Source: Eledone cirrhosa
Lineage: Eukaryota
Length of the DNA stretch: 64,000 nucleotides
Assembly (NCBI GenBank): GCA_964016885.1
Contig: OZ024741.1
Location: 339,512,001-339,576,000, forward strand
Direction of reading: 5' to 3'
Shown: one piece after another, positions 26,246-38,080 of the stretch
Numbering within the stretch: position 1 is the first letter of the stretch
Layout: every line of letters starts with the position of its first letter
Made by a program: the position numbers and the translations under genes
Notes under the pieces: model-generated
The model's database searches: none
What the model saw: only the letters and a program-made list of their open reading frames with translations
Told to the model about the DNA's origin: nothing

Positions 26246-27449
26246 CCCTCTCTCCCAACCCCTTTCTATTGCCAGACAAACATTTTACACCATAGAAACA
26301 CCAACTTTAACATAGATTGTTTTTGTTTCATTTATTTTATTTTATTTTACTTTTCTTCTTTTTTTTCTTCCTCTTTCTTTTTTCTTCTTTTTCTTCTTTT
26401 CCTTTTCTCTTATTTCCTGTCCTTTTTTCTTTTCTTTTTCTTCTTTTTTTTCTTTTATCTTCTTTCCTTCTTTTTCTTCCTTTTCATATTCCTCCAGTTC
26501 TTCATTTTCTTCTTTTCCTTCTTCCTTCTTTCTTCTTCGTCTTCTTTTTCTTCTTCCTTTTCTTCTTTATCTTCTTTCCTTCTTTTTCTTCCTTTTCTTA
26601 TTCTTCCAGTTCTTCATTTTCTTCGTTTTTCTCTTTCTTCTTCATTTTTCTTCTTTTCCTTTTTCTCTTATCTCCTTTCCTTCTTTTTTCTTTTTCTTTT
26701 TCTTCTTTTTCTATCTTCTTTTTCTATCTTCTTTCTTTCTTCTTTTTTATCTTCATTTTCTTCTTTTTCTTCTTCTTCTTCTTCTTCTTCTTCTTCTTCT
26801 TCTTCTTCTTCTTCTTTTCCTTCTTTTTTTCTTTTTTTCTTTTATCGTGTTTCCTTCTTTTTTTCTTTTTTTCTTTTATCGTGTTTCCTTCTTTTTCTTC
26901 TTTTTCTTATTCTTCCAGTTCTTCATTTTCTTCCTTTTCTTATTCTTCCAGTTCTTCATTTTCTTCTTTTTCTCTTTTTTCTTATTTTCCTTCTTCTTTT
27001 TCTTCTTTTTTTCTATCTTTTGTTATTCTTCTAGTTCTTCATTTTCTTCTTTTTTCTCCCTCTTCTTCTTCTCGCATAAATTAGAATGTCATAGTAACTA
27101 ATTATTTTATTTTTAATTATTCTATCATGCTACTGGGAAAATGTTTGGAATAATTGATTTTAAAACTCATTTTTTTTTTATTTGCTATTTTTTTTTACAA
27201 ATGAAACGAAAGGCAAAATAGATTATTATTTTTTTAATTTAATTTAATTTAATTTTTTTTTACCTGTTTTATTGTTACTATTATTGTTGTTGTTAGTGTT
27301 GTTGTTGTTGTTGATAATAATTAATTTATTGTCATTTGTGTTATATAATCTTGCTGCTTGCTGTATATAAACCACAGTCAAATTTTGAATATTAGCTTAT
27401 TTAGTTTCTTTATTTCTTGTTGTTGTTGTTGTTATCATCATCAATACTG

Positions 27450-27500
<51 letters not shown>

Positions 27501-27531
27501 TCTACTATGACTACTATTACTATTGCTGCTG

Positions 27532-27589
<58 letters not shown>

Positions 27590-27775
27590 CAGCCAAATAT
27601 GTTTTCTGTCTTGGAGACATTCATGGTAGCACTAGAACAGAAATGAATTTTAATTAACTAAAAATGCTTCATGTTAGAAAAAGGAAGGGAAATTCAAATA
27701 AATAAATAAATATATAAATAAATAAATAAATAAATAGAACTTCCTTTAAAAAATCAATTAGAATTTGTATTTTTG

Positions 27776-27822
<47 letters not shown>

Positions 27823-28045
27823 GTATTATTATTCATTTTGTTAGAAATTTTTAAAATGTTTTATTTGTTCAAACTTTCTGTTTATTACCATTATTACTAC
27901 CATTATTATTATTATTACTATTATTATTATTGTTATCATTATTGTTATTACTATTATAATTATGTATTTTTTTTGTTTCATAAAAATATTTAGAATTCAA
28001 ATGAAATTTTTTTTTAAATTGTACACAACATATTTCAATTTATAG

Positions 28046-28371
28046 AGACTTTACCAAATTACAAAATAGAACTTCGAGCAAGTTTTGTTACAACAACAAC
28101 AACAACAACAGCAGCAACAACATCAGCAACCACAAGCGGGAAATGTTTACAAAGTGATAAAGAAGAAAAGAAAGAAAAAGGCATGAAACAAAAATCCCCT
28201 CCTATCAAAAAAAAGAAAACCGTTTTGTATGGAAAGATGGAGAAACAAACAAACTCTATAGAAAGAAATATTGAAAGAGAGAGAGAGAGTGAGAGAGAGA
28301 GAGAGAAAGAGGCATACACACACTCACTTATATTCCACAGTACCCATTCAACTTTCAGAAGACAATGCTAA
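28046..28371 (+). CDS. Candidate terminal exon of the host gene
   Basis: ag at 28044-28047, then open frame TLPNYKIELRASF...KQKSPPIKKKKT...; several aataaa downstream; phase relative to 19407 is ambiguous. Confidence 0.4.
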
Positions 28372-28997
28372 TATGGACAATTTTAGAATTTCATGGATGA
28401 TCTTTCCATCGATGTTACAATGTTTGCTGGAGTTGCACCCTCTGAACTATTTAAAGCAAAATATAAATGGAACTTGAAAATAAGCTCATTTTCATATGTA
28501 AATACATAACCATATCTAAATAATACATACTCTGTTTTTCAGAGAAACTTCACATACAATACTACACATCTCTGACTGTAAATAAAAAAAATCAAATAAT
28601 TAAAAACAATGTTTACTGTTAAACACCTCACCAAATCTCTCTCAAATACACAAAACTAAAGAGAACCCATTCTGGAATCCCTTATATGTGGAGCATGTCA
28701 CACATCATATGACAAATCACCTTCCAACCATTCTCCATTCTTGAACCCCAAACTACTCCCCCTCTGCTGACAATCAGCAATATCCACATAGATTCCGGTA
28801 CACATGACATTGGTTTAAACACACAATTGAACTATTCACAAATAAAATGGCTCACACAAACTTTACATCTGTGTATTGAGCACTTAAATAAATCTTTATA
28901 CAAATAAACACAACACACATTTTATATATATATGTATATATATATTATATATTTATTATATATATATATTATATATTTATTATATATATATTATATA

Positions 28998-29079
28998 TAT
29001 TGGGTTGTCAAGTATGAAATTGTAGAAATTTGTTTTCTTTCTACAAATTTTTACAAATTTCATACTTGACGACCCAATA

Positions 29080-29080
<1 letters not shown>
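28998..29080. mobile_element. Mini fold-back insertion in (TA)n
   Basis: tattgggttgtcaagtatgaaatt / aatttcatacttgacgacccaata. Confidence 0.55.
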
Positions 29081-29129
<49 letters not shown>

Positions 29130-30042
29130 CAATCACACACATAAACACATGTATATATACCTTTGAAAATACTGATGTATTGAAACACTTGTACAATTGT
29201 AAGGTATTATTCCTTAATAAATTAATAAACACTATTAATATGTATTGAGTCCTTTTTATGAGTTGTTGTTATGAAGTCACAAGTCAAAGGAGCCGGCTGC
29301 ATTCCATGGAAACTCCAGAGTACCAGGCTACAGGATTATGGTATAAAGTAGTTTTTCTTCCTATTTCTTTTTTAACTAACAGATGGCAACAATTATAAGA
29401 GTTGGTTTTCAACTTGGGTAATAGAATGAACTCTATAGATAATGAACACAACCACAAGGATATGGTCCGAACGTGGAAGAGCTGAACTCGCACTGTCATC
29501 GCCTCCATCTCTCTCGCCCTCCCCATCCCTCTGTATGGTGAGCAAATGGGGTCCCATGTGCTGGCCTACCCATAGCCCCGGCAGACAGAATGGAGAAGGC
29601 GTTTCCCTGGAGGATGGTAAGGGAGATACACTGGAAGAGCCATTCCAACTCACGAGGCTCACACCTGCAGCTGGTCAGCTCAGCACCTATGGTGGTGAGT
29701 AGGGAGGTCGCCATAGGGCCAAGGACACCAGACGTACATCTCCACTGCCAAGGGCACAACCGCAAAACTGTCAGAGAGCGACCGGTACTTTATAAAAATG
29801 TTTGATTTGTGGGCTTATGTGATAAAGACAAAAATATACACTGAATTAATCACCCCTATATACTCTGTAGAATCAATATAATTGTATTTATTACTAGTGA
29901 CTCTTTACTTCAAAGTTTCAACAACGTTCCTGGCTTAACAAAGCAGTTTGTTTGGATAAGGGATTGATAATGAGGGCATGGGAAAGAATTGCATTTGGTG
30001 GTTGGAGAGGGGAAATGTGAATACCATATATATATATATATT

Positions 30043-30198
30043 TATAATAAAATAAAACAAGGACGAGTGGTTACTCCTTCATTATATTTATTGGTTGGTA
30101 ACGTGCGTTTCACTATTGATCAGCTCTTTGTTCGATCTGTATCAATCTAGCCCAACTCTGTAATCAATGGCTCGTTGGACCTCTTTGGTAGTAATGAC
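30043..30198 (-). mobile_element. PLE-type pLTR fragment with decayed long-stem-II hammerhead; same family as 46550-46833
   Basis: Minus strand: ggt CCAACGA gccattgatt...gatcaatagt GAAA cgcacg TT acc; downstream matches 46690-46736. Confidence 0.6.
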
Positions 30199-30199
30199 A

Positions 30200-30404
30200 T
30201 ATAACAAAGAGGGTGTAGTAAGATACCAGGTGGACCATAATGCACCAGAGTACTCAATACTTAGGGTAGTAGAGTGGGTAATAGGGAAAGAGTCAGGACC
30301 CAGACGGCTGAGCTCCGGCCATTTTGACAGCTAGATCTGAACAGTTCGGATCTAGCTGTTGAAACGGCTGGGGCTCAGCCGTCAGGGTCCTGACTCTTTT
30401 CCTA
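30200..30404 (-). mobile_element. Fold-back copy of the Naiad-type pLTR family, tail on the left
   Basis: Palindrome 30281-30404; 30200-30285 is the reverse complement of the 36360-36441 tail. Confidence 0.8.
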
Positions 30405-30419
30405 TATATATATATCATA

Positions 30420-31150
30420 TGGTTGTAAATACAAAGTCTCTCCCTGGTGAAGAATGCACCTCCCAACATAACCTAATAGCGACCATATAGGTAGGGCTAG
30501 ATGAACTCGACAACAGAGGACAACTTGCAGGAGATGAATGTGGAAGTTGAAGGACCCCTGCAGCCAGTAACTAATTTAGAGGTATGTTGCTTGATGCTTT
30601 TAACAGTAAGGAAGAGATATACAATATAGAGGATCAGTAGGAATTTCTGAAAAATAAACTACTGAAGGCGACAAATGAAATCTGTGGTTGGAGCATGTCT
30701 CTAGGGAGAAGGAGAGTGATTTGGTGGAGGAGGTAATTCAGGCCAAAAGACAGGCATGGAAAGAATGGCAGAATGGCAGAAATAGAGAACACTATCAGGA
30801 GGTTAGGAGAGAAGCTAGGTGACAAGTGTACCTTTCAAGAAAGGAAGCAGAAAAACAAAACAAAAAAATAAATTAACCATGTTCTGTAACACAAAGACCT
30901 AAGACATGAAGTGTCAAGGAAAATTGTGATATTGTTGGAGAGAAGTGTGTATGTGAGGATAATGGAGAACTTGCCCTCACTGATGCTGGAAAACAAGTAG
31001 CATGGAGAATGAATAGGGTGAAGATAGTTTGCCCCTAGTTGACCCAAACAGAGGGAATGGCTATGCAAATTAGCACTAATATAGTAAGTAAGGCAATCAA
31101 GGATATGAAGATAGGAAAAGCAGTTGGACCTTTGGGGATAGTTGCCAATA
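30420..31150 (+). pseudogene. Decayed RTE LINE ORF fragment
   Basis: Homologous to 5880-6660 (-), e.g. IVSKAIKDMKIGKAVGPLGI; similar relic at 50900-51190. Confidence 0.75.
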
Positions 31151-31157
31151 TAAATTA

Positions 31158-31300
31158 TAAAGAGTCGGAACACCAATGGCTGAGCTCTTGCCATTTCAAC
31201 AGCTGTTCCAGACTCAGTCTGGAACTAGCTATTGAAATGGCTAAAGCTCAGCCATCAGGGTCCCAGCTCTTTATAATATAACCATACTCTACTATCCCAA
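31158..31300 (+). mobile_element. Decayed fold-back copy of the Naiad-type pLTR family
   Basis: tggctgagctc..ccatttcaacagct / agctattgaaatggctaaagctcagcca. Confidence 0.65.
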
Positions 31301-31600
31301 ATATTCCATGACTTTGCTGATAAGTGAGGTAAGAGAGACATGTCTAGTTTTTTGCTTCTGTTCTGCTTCCCCTTTATGGATAGGACATATGTCTTCTTTT
31401 AGTTTTCCAGGTAGTTTACCACTTGCAAGGGATCTTTGGAAGATGATCTGCAGTAGTTTTGCTAATGTTCGCTTGCATGGTTTTAGGAGGATTGCTGGGA
31501 AACCATCAGGATCAGCAGCTGAAATTGGTCGCATTTCGTCAATGGCTGATATTACATTTTTCACCTTTATATCTATGTGGTTGATGGTTGACATTTCTCA
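31300..31600 (-). pseudogene. RT fragment of a CR1/L2/Jockey-group LINE
   Basis: SAADPDGFPAILLK..LF..SLASGKLP..PIHKG..(Y)RHVSLTSLISKVME. Confidence 0.75.
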
Positions 31601-31699
31601 GTATAATGCAGTGGTGTTAAAGAACTCATCTATATATATATAGTATATAAATATATATTATATATATATCCTCTCTCATTCACTTCCCTTAGTGGTAAC

Positions 31700-32268
31700 C
31701 ATACCTCACCTACTACCTTGTCCACAATTCCCCCAAGCTTTCCCCCTCTCTCTAATCCCAAGACAAAAGAGCCCAGTCCCCACTGTAAAGTGGTCGTGTC
31801 GGTGACATGACAAAGGTGCTCAGTCCACACTGTAAAGTGGTCGTGTAGGTGTCACGACAAAAAGTGTCTAATACACACTGTAAAGTGGTCGTGTAAGTGT
31901 CACAACAAAAAATGGCCAGTCCACACTGGAAAGTTGCGTAGGTGTCACGTCAAAAAATGGCCAGTCCACACTGGAAAGTTGTGTAGGTGTCACGACAAAA
32001 AATGGCCAGTCCACACTATAAAGAAGTCGTGTCGGTGACATGACAAAGGTGCCCAGTCCAGACTATAATGTGTTCGTGTAGGTGACTTGAAAAAAAGCAC
32101 CCAAGATACACTGTAAATGTGCTTGGCGGTAAGAAGGGCACCCAGCTGTAGAAAGCAAGCCAAAATCTGCCCCGGGTGAGCTAAACATGGTCCTCTGACC
32201 TGTTTTTTTCCCTAAGGGTCAATCCGTCCTATCCATGAAGATGGACGTTAAACGACGAGATTGAAGAT
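31700..32268 (+). mobile_element. RTE-type 3' UTR with expanded ~47-bp tandem units
   Basis: About 7 copies of cagtccacactgtaaagtggtcgtgtaggtgtcacgacaaaa, then an RTE tail. Confidence 0.75.
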
Positions 32269-32622
32269 ATATATATGAAGTGTGTATGTATACAATGGTG
32301 GACTGGCCAGGTTGCCCAATGGCCAGTGGGTCTCAGGTACCCACGGCAGCATTGCAAGGGCCCACAGTAGCATTGCAGTGCCCACTATAGTATTTTAGGG
32401 GAAAATGCTTTGCTTTAAAAAAATACCTGAAATCTAAGAGAAAGAATAAGTTAAAAAAATAAATAAATAAATAAAACAATTAAGCAAAGCATTCGGTCAA
32501 CGAATTTCTAGAAACCAAAATATACCATAGTGAAAACAGCTGGAATCAGTGGTTGTACATTCTATTAAATCTAAAGCTTAGTGTATTCATTCATGCATGC
32601 AAACATAGTCACAGACACACAA

Positions 32623-32656
<34 letters not shown>

Positions 32657-32662
<6 letters not shown>

Positions 32663-33216
32663 GTGAGGTTTTTTTTACAAAATGAAAAATAACCGAGGTG
32701 TCCTACACGAGTGAAAGTATAAAGAAAAAGAGATGAAATCGAAAATGCAACTGGAGTCTTATTTTTTTTAAAAATATATATATTTATTTGGTTCCTTTAC
32801 CGGTTTCGCAGTTCTTCTGCTTTTCAAAAGGTGAGTTGAGATGGAGGGTCTGTGGTTTTTCTTACATCTGGTTGGTCTCTGAATGTTACTTGTTTTATAT
32901 GGAAAAAGTGGCTCGAAATGCCAGGTTTATCGAGAAGTAATTCGATTGGTTTGTCAATAATTATAATAAATTTATTATAATTATTGACAAACCAATCAAA
33001 TTACTTCTCGAAAAACCTGGCATTTCGAGCCACTTTTTCCATATAAAACAAGTAACATTCAGAGACCAACCAGATGTAAGAAAAACCACAGACCCTCCAT
33101 CTCAACTCACCTTTTGAAAAGCAGAAGAACTGCGAAACCGGTAAAGGAACCAAATAAATATATATATTTAAAAAAAAAATAAGACTCCAGTTGCATTTTC
33201 GATTTCATCTCTTTTT

Positions 33217-33222
<6 letters not shown>
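32657..33222. mobile_element. Fold-back PLE insertion: ~250-bp arms (32718-33222) plus ~60-nt tail
   Basis: Palindrome centred at ~32970; arm translates to KLLLEKPGISSHFFHIKQ, resembling the GIY-YIG C-terminal LLNKxxE.S.CxH motif. Confidence 0.85.
33110..33147 (+). ncRNA. Minimal hammerhead with U3-A8 core (mirror on - strand at ~32794-32831)
   Basis: cctt TTGAAAA gcag-aagaa-ctgc GAAA ccgg TA aagg. Confidence 0.75.
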
Positions 33223-33280
<58 letters not shown>

Positions 33281-33284
<4 letters not shown>

Positions 33285-33426
33285 ATGTTCAAGACCCCGA
33301 CGGTAGAGCTCAAGCTCTGGTGTCGGGGTCTTGAACATTTTCTTATTACCCACTCTACTACTCTAAGTATTGAGTACTCTGGTGCGTTATGGTCCACCTG
33401 GTTCCTCACCACACTTCCTTCGTTAT
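33281..33426 (+). mobile_element. Fold-back copy of the Naiad-type pLTR family
   Basis: gaaaatgttcaagaccccgac / gtcggggtcttgaacattttc plus family tail. Confidence 0.8.
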
Positions 33427-33461
<35 letters not shown>

Positions 33462-33591
33462 AATATATATATACTTTCACACGAACTACTGACCAAATAA
33501 TATTTGGAAGCAATGGGTTAAAGACAACTGTCAAATCAATTAGTGGTGTGTGTATACATATATATATATATAAATATAGATAGATAGATAG

Positions 33592-33629
<38 letters not shown>

Positions 33630-33856
33630 TGAGTGAGTGTGAAAGACCAAAGTCTTTGGATTTCGCAAAATACATAATATTTTTTATTGGAGAAGGTAAG
33701 ATATTTTTCCGCAAAAATTTGATTGCACTGTTTTGTTTCCACTTATTTATTTTTTGAAAATGTTTTTTATTCATTATTAAAATTAAATGATAGCATTCTA
33801 TATGTAGGTGGACCCCTTCATCTAGCTACCAATATTTTTAGACCTAGTCCGCCACC

Positions 33857-33920
<64 letters not shown>

Positions 33921-33923
<3 letters not shown>

Positions 33924-34598
33924 GCCATCATTGTAAGTTTGAATCTAACTGACATGCAAAAACATATATATATGAATAAGGTAAGCCCAAATCCTAGGAG
34001 ATTCAAATAGCACAGAGAGAAAGAGAGGGGAGGGGGTAGAAATGAGGTGGAACAGAAATAAAACATGGATTACAGGTTAAAATGTAGTCTAGATAGATGA
34101 GAAACAAAACGAGGATATAGTTTATGGAACACTTAAATAATTTAGAAGTCGACCTTAAGTAGGAACAATAACATTAAGAAAGACATGAACGACACCACAA
34201 CACTTTGTTTTGAAACTTTTGGAAGTAGGTTTATAAGTATGAATTTCATAAGATTTTCGAAGTTGTCTCTGTGGCCTAGCGGCAGGTACAAGAGACGGTG
34301 GAGATTCTGGCTTTGGGTTCAATTCTGGTCAAGAGGTACATGTAATCTTTTTCAGTTTATATTTTACAACCAATATAAAAAAAACTGAAAAGGTTTACCG
34401 GGAACCCTACTCTCGACCAGGATCGAACTTCAGACCAGGATCACCACTGTCTATGATTCCTCCAATTAGGTCACCGAGAAAGCTACGAAAGTATAATGAA
34501 AATTGATAATTATAAACCTACTTTCAAAATCAAAGTTAAAAAGATGTGGTGTCGTTCATGGCTTTCCTAGAGCTATTAGTAATATTTAAGTCGACTTG
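33921..34598 (+). repeat. ~680-bp block duplicated at 38772-39400; contains a ~450-bp imperfect long-TIR MITE (34146-34597)
   Basis: Direct similarity between the two blocks; catgaacgacaccaca / tgtggtgtcgttcatg inverted pair. Confidence 0.75.
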
Positions 34599-34828
34599 TC
34601 AATCTTTTGGCCCTTTGGTAACAACCTTATTATTTCTATGTGTGTTTAACTGCTGAATTAATTTAATTTGATTCATCCACCTTTCTAAAAAATAAATCAT
34701 ACACAAAACTCCAGCACCAACAGATTTGGAAGAGATGTCAACATGAATGGACCTGTTATTTTTACCTAAAGACATTTTTTCCAATTCCATCCTGCCCGTC
34801 CCCTCAATCTATCTTATTTCTCATTCTT

Positions 34829-34864
34829 TCTTCTGATGAAGGACTAACGTCCGAAACGTTAAGA
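34829..34864 (+). ncRNA. Minimal hammerhead motif (helix-III-reduced PLE type)
   Basis: tctt CTGATGA a-ggac-taac-gtcc GAAAC GTT aaga. Confidence 0.8.
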
Positions 34865-34957
34865 TCCTCTTCCTGCTATATCAAGCGTTAACCTAATATA
34901 TCCCTTCCATATACTGTACCAATTTACCAATTGTGTTGTTATTTCTGTTTACCTTTT

Positions 34958-35048
<91 letters not shown>

Positions 35049-35049
<1 letters not shown>

Positions 35050-36437
35050 CAAACTCTCCTACAGCACCACAACCAACATCGCACAAAACATCGCCTCCTC
35101 AAACAACAAAAAACTCAACGCCTATGGAAGAAACAACCTAGACATTAGTGGAGAGCCGACCAGGAGGTGTAACTGTCCTGATAGATCTACGTGCCTCCTC
35201 AACAACTGATGCCGAGAACGTAACGTGATCTACCAATGCAACGTGAGGATGGAAACCTCCAACAAAGCCTATATAGGATTAACCGCTTGTGACTTTAGGA
35301 CCTGGCTCTACCAACACCGACATACGTTCCGAAACCCGGCCCGGCGACATGCCACTACACTTTCGGGCCACATCTGGGACCTTCAAGATAACAACATAAC
35401 ATACAATCTTACTTGAAGCTTACTCTCCAGGGCTAACTCCTACAGGGGAGGACGCCGTCCGTGTAACTTATGCCCGGAGAAAACATTACACATGCTGTTT
35501 ACGAAGAACCAACTCCTAAACAAAAAAGACCAACTTGTAACTGCATGCAAACACCGATTGCATAGGACTTACCTCACCCTCAAACCCCCTCATGACCCGG
35601 GTGGGTAGACAATGGCTGCAACATCCTCCTTTTCTCCACTTGCCGAACAAGAGAGGGGAAACCCCAGCTAATATAGGTAGATGTACTTCTTTTCTTTTCC
35701 TTTTTTCTTTTCTTCTTCCCTTTATCTCTTCCTATCACTTCCTTCCACTCTCTTTCCTCTTCCTTTTCCTTTTTCCTCTTTCGCCTACCCCGAGACAGCC
35801 CATCGGGATATTGTAGCCTCAGTACCGCCACCCCAGTAAAATATATATAGCATTGGCCGAAAACGCAATACCAACTAAATATAGCAGCTGCTTTAGACTC
35901 TAGAGATTTTTTAAATTACTTTTTACTATTCAATTTTTTATTTTTATATATTTATTTATTTATTTATTATCTTTTAATCTCAATTTATTAACCTATTCTA
36001 TAACGTCCCCTCTCTAATTTCTCCAGAATCCCTTTTTCGCCTGCCTCTTAACTATCCTAATTTCATACACACCCCTTTGAATTTGCTGTATAGAATTCAC
36101 TTTCAACGCTTGACCGGCTTCCCCCACTCCCTCATTGTTTTACAGGCTAGTTCAGCCACCCCCACCTCCCACCCACTGCCATGAAAGATTTAATTGTGTT
36201 TACAAGATATTTTGACCAATCCTTTTGACAACTTCAATCTTCACATATAAGGAATTACCTCTTGAAAAGTTCGGCTAAACCACGCTAAAAATTCTAATTT
36301 AGTCCAGTAATAGCAGTCTAAACGGCTTGAGCTCGGCCGTCGAGGTTAAACATTTTCCTATTACCCACTCTACTACCCTAAGTATTGAGTACTCTGGTGC
36401 GTTATGGTCCATCTGGTTCCTTACCACACCTCCTTCG

Positions 36438-36441
<4 letters not shown>
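35049..36441 (+). mobile_element. 5'-truncated Penelope-like element, Naiad-type GIY-YIG endonuclease relic plus 3' UTR and pLTR
   Basis: IKLSYSTT..CNCPDRSTCLLNN*C..VIYQCNV..AYIGLT..HRHTF..TTLSGHIW..CNLC.EK..LLNKKDQLVTACKH (35049-35565); ends in HHR and tail; TA flanks. Confidence 0.85.
36257..36346 (+). ncRNA. Decayed hammerhead with U3-A8 core and long stems II and III
   Basis: acctc TTGAAAA ...(t)AAA cggct-tgagctc-ggccg TC gaggt; sibling copies at 7.7 and 30.3 kb have GAAA. Confidence 0.6.
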
Positions 36442-36504
<63 letters not shown>

Positions 36505-36507
<3 letters not shown>

Positions 36508-38067
36508 TAATAATAATAAATTTGAAGACTAAAATCCAAAGAGGGCTCGATAAGGATAAATATATATCAAATATATAAGAACCGTAGAACAAATATTTAT
36601 TAAAATAACAGATTAAAGTTTAAGCAAAGAATCGCTGCTTTCACCCTTAACGGAATCTTCTGAAACTAACAAAGTCAATCTGTAAACGCAGAAGTGGATA
36701 TTTCAAAAAACGTTGCAACCGGAGGAAGACAGGAAGACGATACTTTGGTTCGTGGAAACGTTCCCTGGCAAAGAACGGGAAAAAACGAATATAATACGTC
36801 ATTAATAGGAGCGGTGAAAAACAATTACGCGCAAAGACAGAACCACGTTTATGGTATAAAAGAAGTCGTAGACTAATGTTCTCTAAGGTGGTTCATAGAG
36901 ACGTTCTCTGGCAATGAACGGAAAAAACGAAGATAATACGTCATATGTGGAGCGTAGAGAACAATTGCACGCAAAGACAAAACCACGTAAATGGTATAAC
37001 TGAAGTCGTAGACTAAAATTTTAACTAGGAAAGCGAATGGATCTCCGCTTCAGAGTTAATAATAAAGTAAATAAAATACAATACAGAGGTAATAGAAATT
37101 AAATAAATACATACACGCATGAAAATACGTACATATACAAGCATACACGAAAACACTTACCATAGGTATACAAAACCACGCACATATAAATATGTGTGTG
37201 TGTGTTCGTGTATACAAATAAATAAATAATTAAATAAACGTATATAAATAAATAAATACGTATATAACAAGAGCACACACATACCTACATGTAAATACAC
37301 AAATGTTCGGAGACGTAAGTCAATCAAAGCAATTTTGATTGACTTACGTCTCCGAGCGTTTGTGTATTTACAGGTAGGTATGTGTGTGCGTTTGTTATAT
37401 ACGTATTTATTTATTTATATACGTTTATTTAATTATTTATTTATTTGTATACACGAACACACACACACATATTTATATGTGCGTGGTTTTGTATACCTAT
37501 GGCAAGTGTTTTCGCGTATGCTTGTATATGTACGTATTTTCATGCGTGTATGTATTTATTTAATTTCTATTACCTCTGTATTGTATTTTATTTACTTTAT
37601 TATTAACTCTGAAGCGGAGATCCATTCGCTTTCCTAGTTAAAATTTTAGTCTACGACTTCAGTTATACCATTTACGTGGTTTTGTCTTTGCGTGCAATTG
37701 TTCTCTACGCTCCACATATGACGTATTATCTTCGTTTTTTCCGTTCATTGCCAGAGAACGTCTCTATGAACCACCTAAGAGAACATTAGTCTACGACTTC
37801 TTTTATACCATAAACGTGGTTCTGTCTTTGCGCGTAATTGTTTTTCACCGCTCCTATTAATGACGTATTATATTCGTTTTTTCCCGTTCTTTGCCAGGGA
37901 ACGTTTCCACGAACCAAAGTATCGTCTTCCTGTCTCCCTCTGGTTGCAACATTTTTTGAAATATCCACTTCTGCGTTTACAGATTGACTTTGTTAGTTTC
38001 AGAAGATCCCGTTAAGGGTGAAAGCAGCGATTCTTTGCTTAAACTTTAATCTGTTATTTTAATAAAT
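36505..38067. mobile_element. Large fold-back insertion: ~735-bp arms (36595-37329 / 37334-38067) plus ~90-nt tail
   Basis: Near-perfect palindrome; mirror ORFs 36694-36876(+) and 37786-37968(-); both ends recur at 49003-49190. Confidence 0.9.
37995..38045 (+). ncRNA. Hammerhead-like motif with CAGAAGA core (mirror on - strand at ~36617-36667)
   Basis: agttt CAGAAGA t-ccc-gttaa-ggg-t GAAA gca-gcgattctt-tgc TT aaact. Confidence 0.6.
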
Positions 38068-38080
38068 TAATATATATATA

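Larger units (their letters stand above)
32293..33857. mobile_element. Probable hAT-type non-autonomous element hosting nested insertions
   Basis: Ends caatggtggactgg / ctagtccgccaccg; flanks tatgtata / tatatata; right end repeated at 39410-39620. Confidence 0.45.

Noticed and set aside
35207-35416. In-frame TGA codons in the Naiad-type GIY-YIG as selenocysteine
   Set aside because: They do not fall on conserved Cys positions: one precedes the Cys (likely CGA>TGA) and one replaces a conserved Trp (TGG>TGA). No SECIS was recognised, and the relic is also frameshifted.
36694-37968. Twin 60-aa ORFs as duplicated genes
   Set aside because: Mirror images within a palindrome, with a GTG start and no recognisable domain
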